From Syntrophomonadales bacterium (GTDB lineage: Bacteria > Bacillota > Syntrophomonadia > Syntrophomonadales > DTU052), in NCBI GenBank assembly GCA_050951725.1, contig JBMNJO010000012.1:355548-419547 (forward strand): a stretch of DNA of 64,000 bases, in the 5' to 3' direction. How positions within the stretch are numbered: the stretch's first letter is position 1; the number at the start of each line of letters is the position of its first letter. The translations under genes and the position numbers were made by a program. Below, piece after piece: positions 62,383 through 64,000 of this stretch. The notes beneath the pieces were generated by a model. The model was not told the origin of the DNA. It did not search any database and saw only the letters and a list, made by a program, of their open reading frames with translations.

Positions 62383-63926
62383 TTTCTCACTCCCAGCAAT
62401 TCTTCTATGTAGATGTTAAGATCTCGTATTTCTACATGGGTTTTAAGCACTGACTGATTAGTTTCGTGAAGTGGCTTAACATTATGATTTTCAGTCCTGG
62501 GTTCTTCTTTTGCCAGGTGATAAATATGGTCAAAATGGTTTAATGAATCCACAAAATCAGTTGCGCCATACAGCCTATTTTTCAAGCAATAATCAAGTGC
62601 CTTGTTGATAATCCCAGGAGATTTATCCAGGCTGTGATCCTTGATTATCTTTAACTGGTCCCGTATGTAGCGGGGTTTTTCCTGCTTTACCAGGTCGAGA
62701 AAATTGTTAGCTTCGGGGGAATCATTAAGAAGTTTCGCCACTTCTTGCAGATAGGCCTCAATGCCCTTTCCTTTTTCCCTGTGGCAATCACTGCTCTTAA
62801 TAAGTCGGCCTTTTTCAAGGCACACGGGATAACGGATAATCTCCAGTTCGGTATCGGGATTTGCAATGATTAATATCCCTTCACCTTCCTTGATAACAAC
62901 CCTTCGGTCGGGGGCATAGGTTCCTAAAGGCAGAGCATAACGGTTACCCTGATAGACAATGGTGTTGTCTTTGCGGACCACTCTAGTTATAATCTTGGTA
63001 GTTGAAATACTTATCTTGTGGGGTACCGGGACGAGGTGTTGTTTTTCTAGGGCAAACACTTCCGCCGGTATCTTTTTTGTCGTATTGTGAACTTTGCCAT
63101 TACCGGTCCTTTCCAACCAGGCCAAACAGTCTTCATTTAGTTTTTCTAGGTTGTGGAAGGTGCGGTTTTTAGCAAAGTTCCTTTTCACATATTTCACTAC
63201 ATTTTCAACCTTTCCCTTGGTTTCCGGATCCGCTTTTCTACACATGTAAATCCTGAATTTACGGGTCTTTTGGTATTCGCCAAACTCTTTGGTAAGTACT
63301 ATATCCCCGCCGTTCTCACTGACCAGTATAAGATGGTCCTGATCGTATACAATTTCCCTGGTCATCCCTCTGTAGTATTCAAACGCGTTTTCGTGAACGT
63401 TTATTAAATCTCGGGTTGTAAATGGACGATCCAGCCACTCCACATATTTATGTCGGGAGTGGGCCAGCACGAAGGTTGCAAAGTAAAGGGTTACTATCCT
63501 GTCAAGCCTGCTGTGTAGGGCGGTTTGTCCAAAATCCATCTGCATTTGCAGTCCGGCAGGTAATTCATCAACGGCTTCATATTGACGCATGTACTTAACC
63601 TGGGGAATACCACACTCCTTTCGTAATTGTCTGACATAATTTCTAACTGTCCCTTCGCTAACACCTCCATCAAGTTCTTTTTCCAGTAGCCAGTCGAATA
63701 CCTGTGCGCTAGTCATATCCTGGTACTGCTTCAACCAGGATTTAATGAGATCCCGATGTTTATCGAGTTTCTTGGCCCTGGTTTTTCGATTTTCTAAAAC
63801 TTGCTCCATTTCCTCCGGAGTCATATCCAGATACTTATATACTGTGGTTCGGGATAGATCAAGGCGCCGGGATATTTGGCTTACGTTAAAATGCATTTTC
63901 TTAAGATCCTGGATATCTAAATACAT
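62346..63926 (-). CDS. istA: IS21 transposase IstA (second, divergent copy)
   Basis: HTH (FNVSQISRRLDLSRTTVYKYL), DDE core and an overlap with istB. ATG 63926 is preferred. Confidence 0.9.
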   Translation of the reverse strand: MYLDIQDLKKMHFNVSQISRRLDLSRTTVYKYLDMTPEEMEQVLENRKTRAKKLDKHRDLIKSWLKQYQDMTSAQVFDWLLEKELDGGVSEGTVRNYVRQLRKECGIPQVKYMRQYEAVDELPAGLQMQMDFGQTALHSRLDRIVTLYFATFVLAHSRHKYVEWLDRPFTTRDLINVHENAFEYYRGMTREIVYDQDHLILVSENGGDIVLTKEFGEYQKTRKFRIYMCRKADPETKGKVENVVKYVKRNFAKNRTFHNLEKLNEDCLAWLERTGNGKVHNTTKKIPAEVFALEKQHLVPVPHKISISTTKIITRVVRKDNTIVYQGNRYALPLGTYAPDRRVVIKEGEGILIIANPDTELEIIRYPVCLEKGRLIKSSDCHREKGKGIEAYLQEVAKLLNDSPEANNFLDLVKQEKPRYIRDQLKIIKDHSLDKSPGIINKALDYCLKNRLYGATDFVDSLNHFDHIYHLAKEEPRTENHNVKPLHETNQSVLKTHVEIRDLNIYIEELLGVRKCQQNSNNSKQI

Positions 63927-64000
63927 ATTCCACCCTTCTGCTACGTTCATTTGTTCCTCCTCTGCTATGATAAAAGCTGTTTAATTTCCAGCTCTATCAT

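Larger units (their letters stand above)
61306..64000 (-). mobile_element. second IS21-family element, far end beyond the window
   Basis: The terminus TGTCAACG at 61306 is followed by five GTTTACCA-containing subterminal boxes (61314-61424), then istB and istA on the minus strand. Confidence 0.7.

Overview
All calls come from reading the sequence and ORF track by motif and architecture; no database search was run.

The window looks like a moderate-GC, endospore-forming Firmicute (Clostridia-type) chromosome. It has five blocks.

1. **1-10.3 kb, housekeeping.** The order follows the Bacillus-type synteny: spoIIIAG-spoIIIAH, a two-subunit pyruvate-carboxylase-like pair (carboxyltransferase-BCCP fusion plus accC), asp23 with its membrane partners, nusB, a TsaD/Kae1-like gene, two tandem folD paralogs and xseA-xseB.
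2. **10.3-19.3 kb, envelope and hypothetical genes.** These include a heptad-repeat surface protein, a 3D-domain protein and two NodB polysaccharide deacetylases.
3. **19.3-55.1 kb, integrated phage-like element.** tRNA-Val(GAC) at 19338-19412 is directly abutted by a large serine recombinase, which opens an element of about 35.7 kb.
   - Early part: HicAB, a CI/Cro-type switch, an Mrr-like nuclease, an HD hydrolase, a C5 methyltransferase with six tandem TRD-like repeats, DUF5131, MmcB-like and DnaD-like replication genes, a PAPS-reductase-like gene and a radical SAM gene.
   - Two IS insertions have clean target-site duplications and split phage genes.
   - I recognise no tailed-phage structural genes anywhere in the element.
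   - The late region (39-52.7 kb) holds eight small single-pass membrane ORFs that the ORF track mostly missed, a processive GT2 synthase, three large FN3-array proteins with DUF6273-like domains, an SLT transglycosylase, multi-TM proteins and a Zot/pI-like ATPase. This order resembles a greatly expanded filamentous-phage (inovirus) morphogenesis module and is the main candidate for a novel system.
   - The element ends with an AAA+ gene fragment, a tyrosine recombinase and a second HicAB pair.
4. **55.1-57.9 kb, AT-rich metal cassette.** It encodes a P1B-type ATPase and a CopZ-like protein.
5. **57.9-64.0 kb, IS21 and CRISPR.** An intact IS21 element with a 5-bp TSD is followed by a 10-repeat CRISPR array with no cas genes in view, then a second IS21 that runs off the window.
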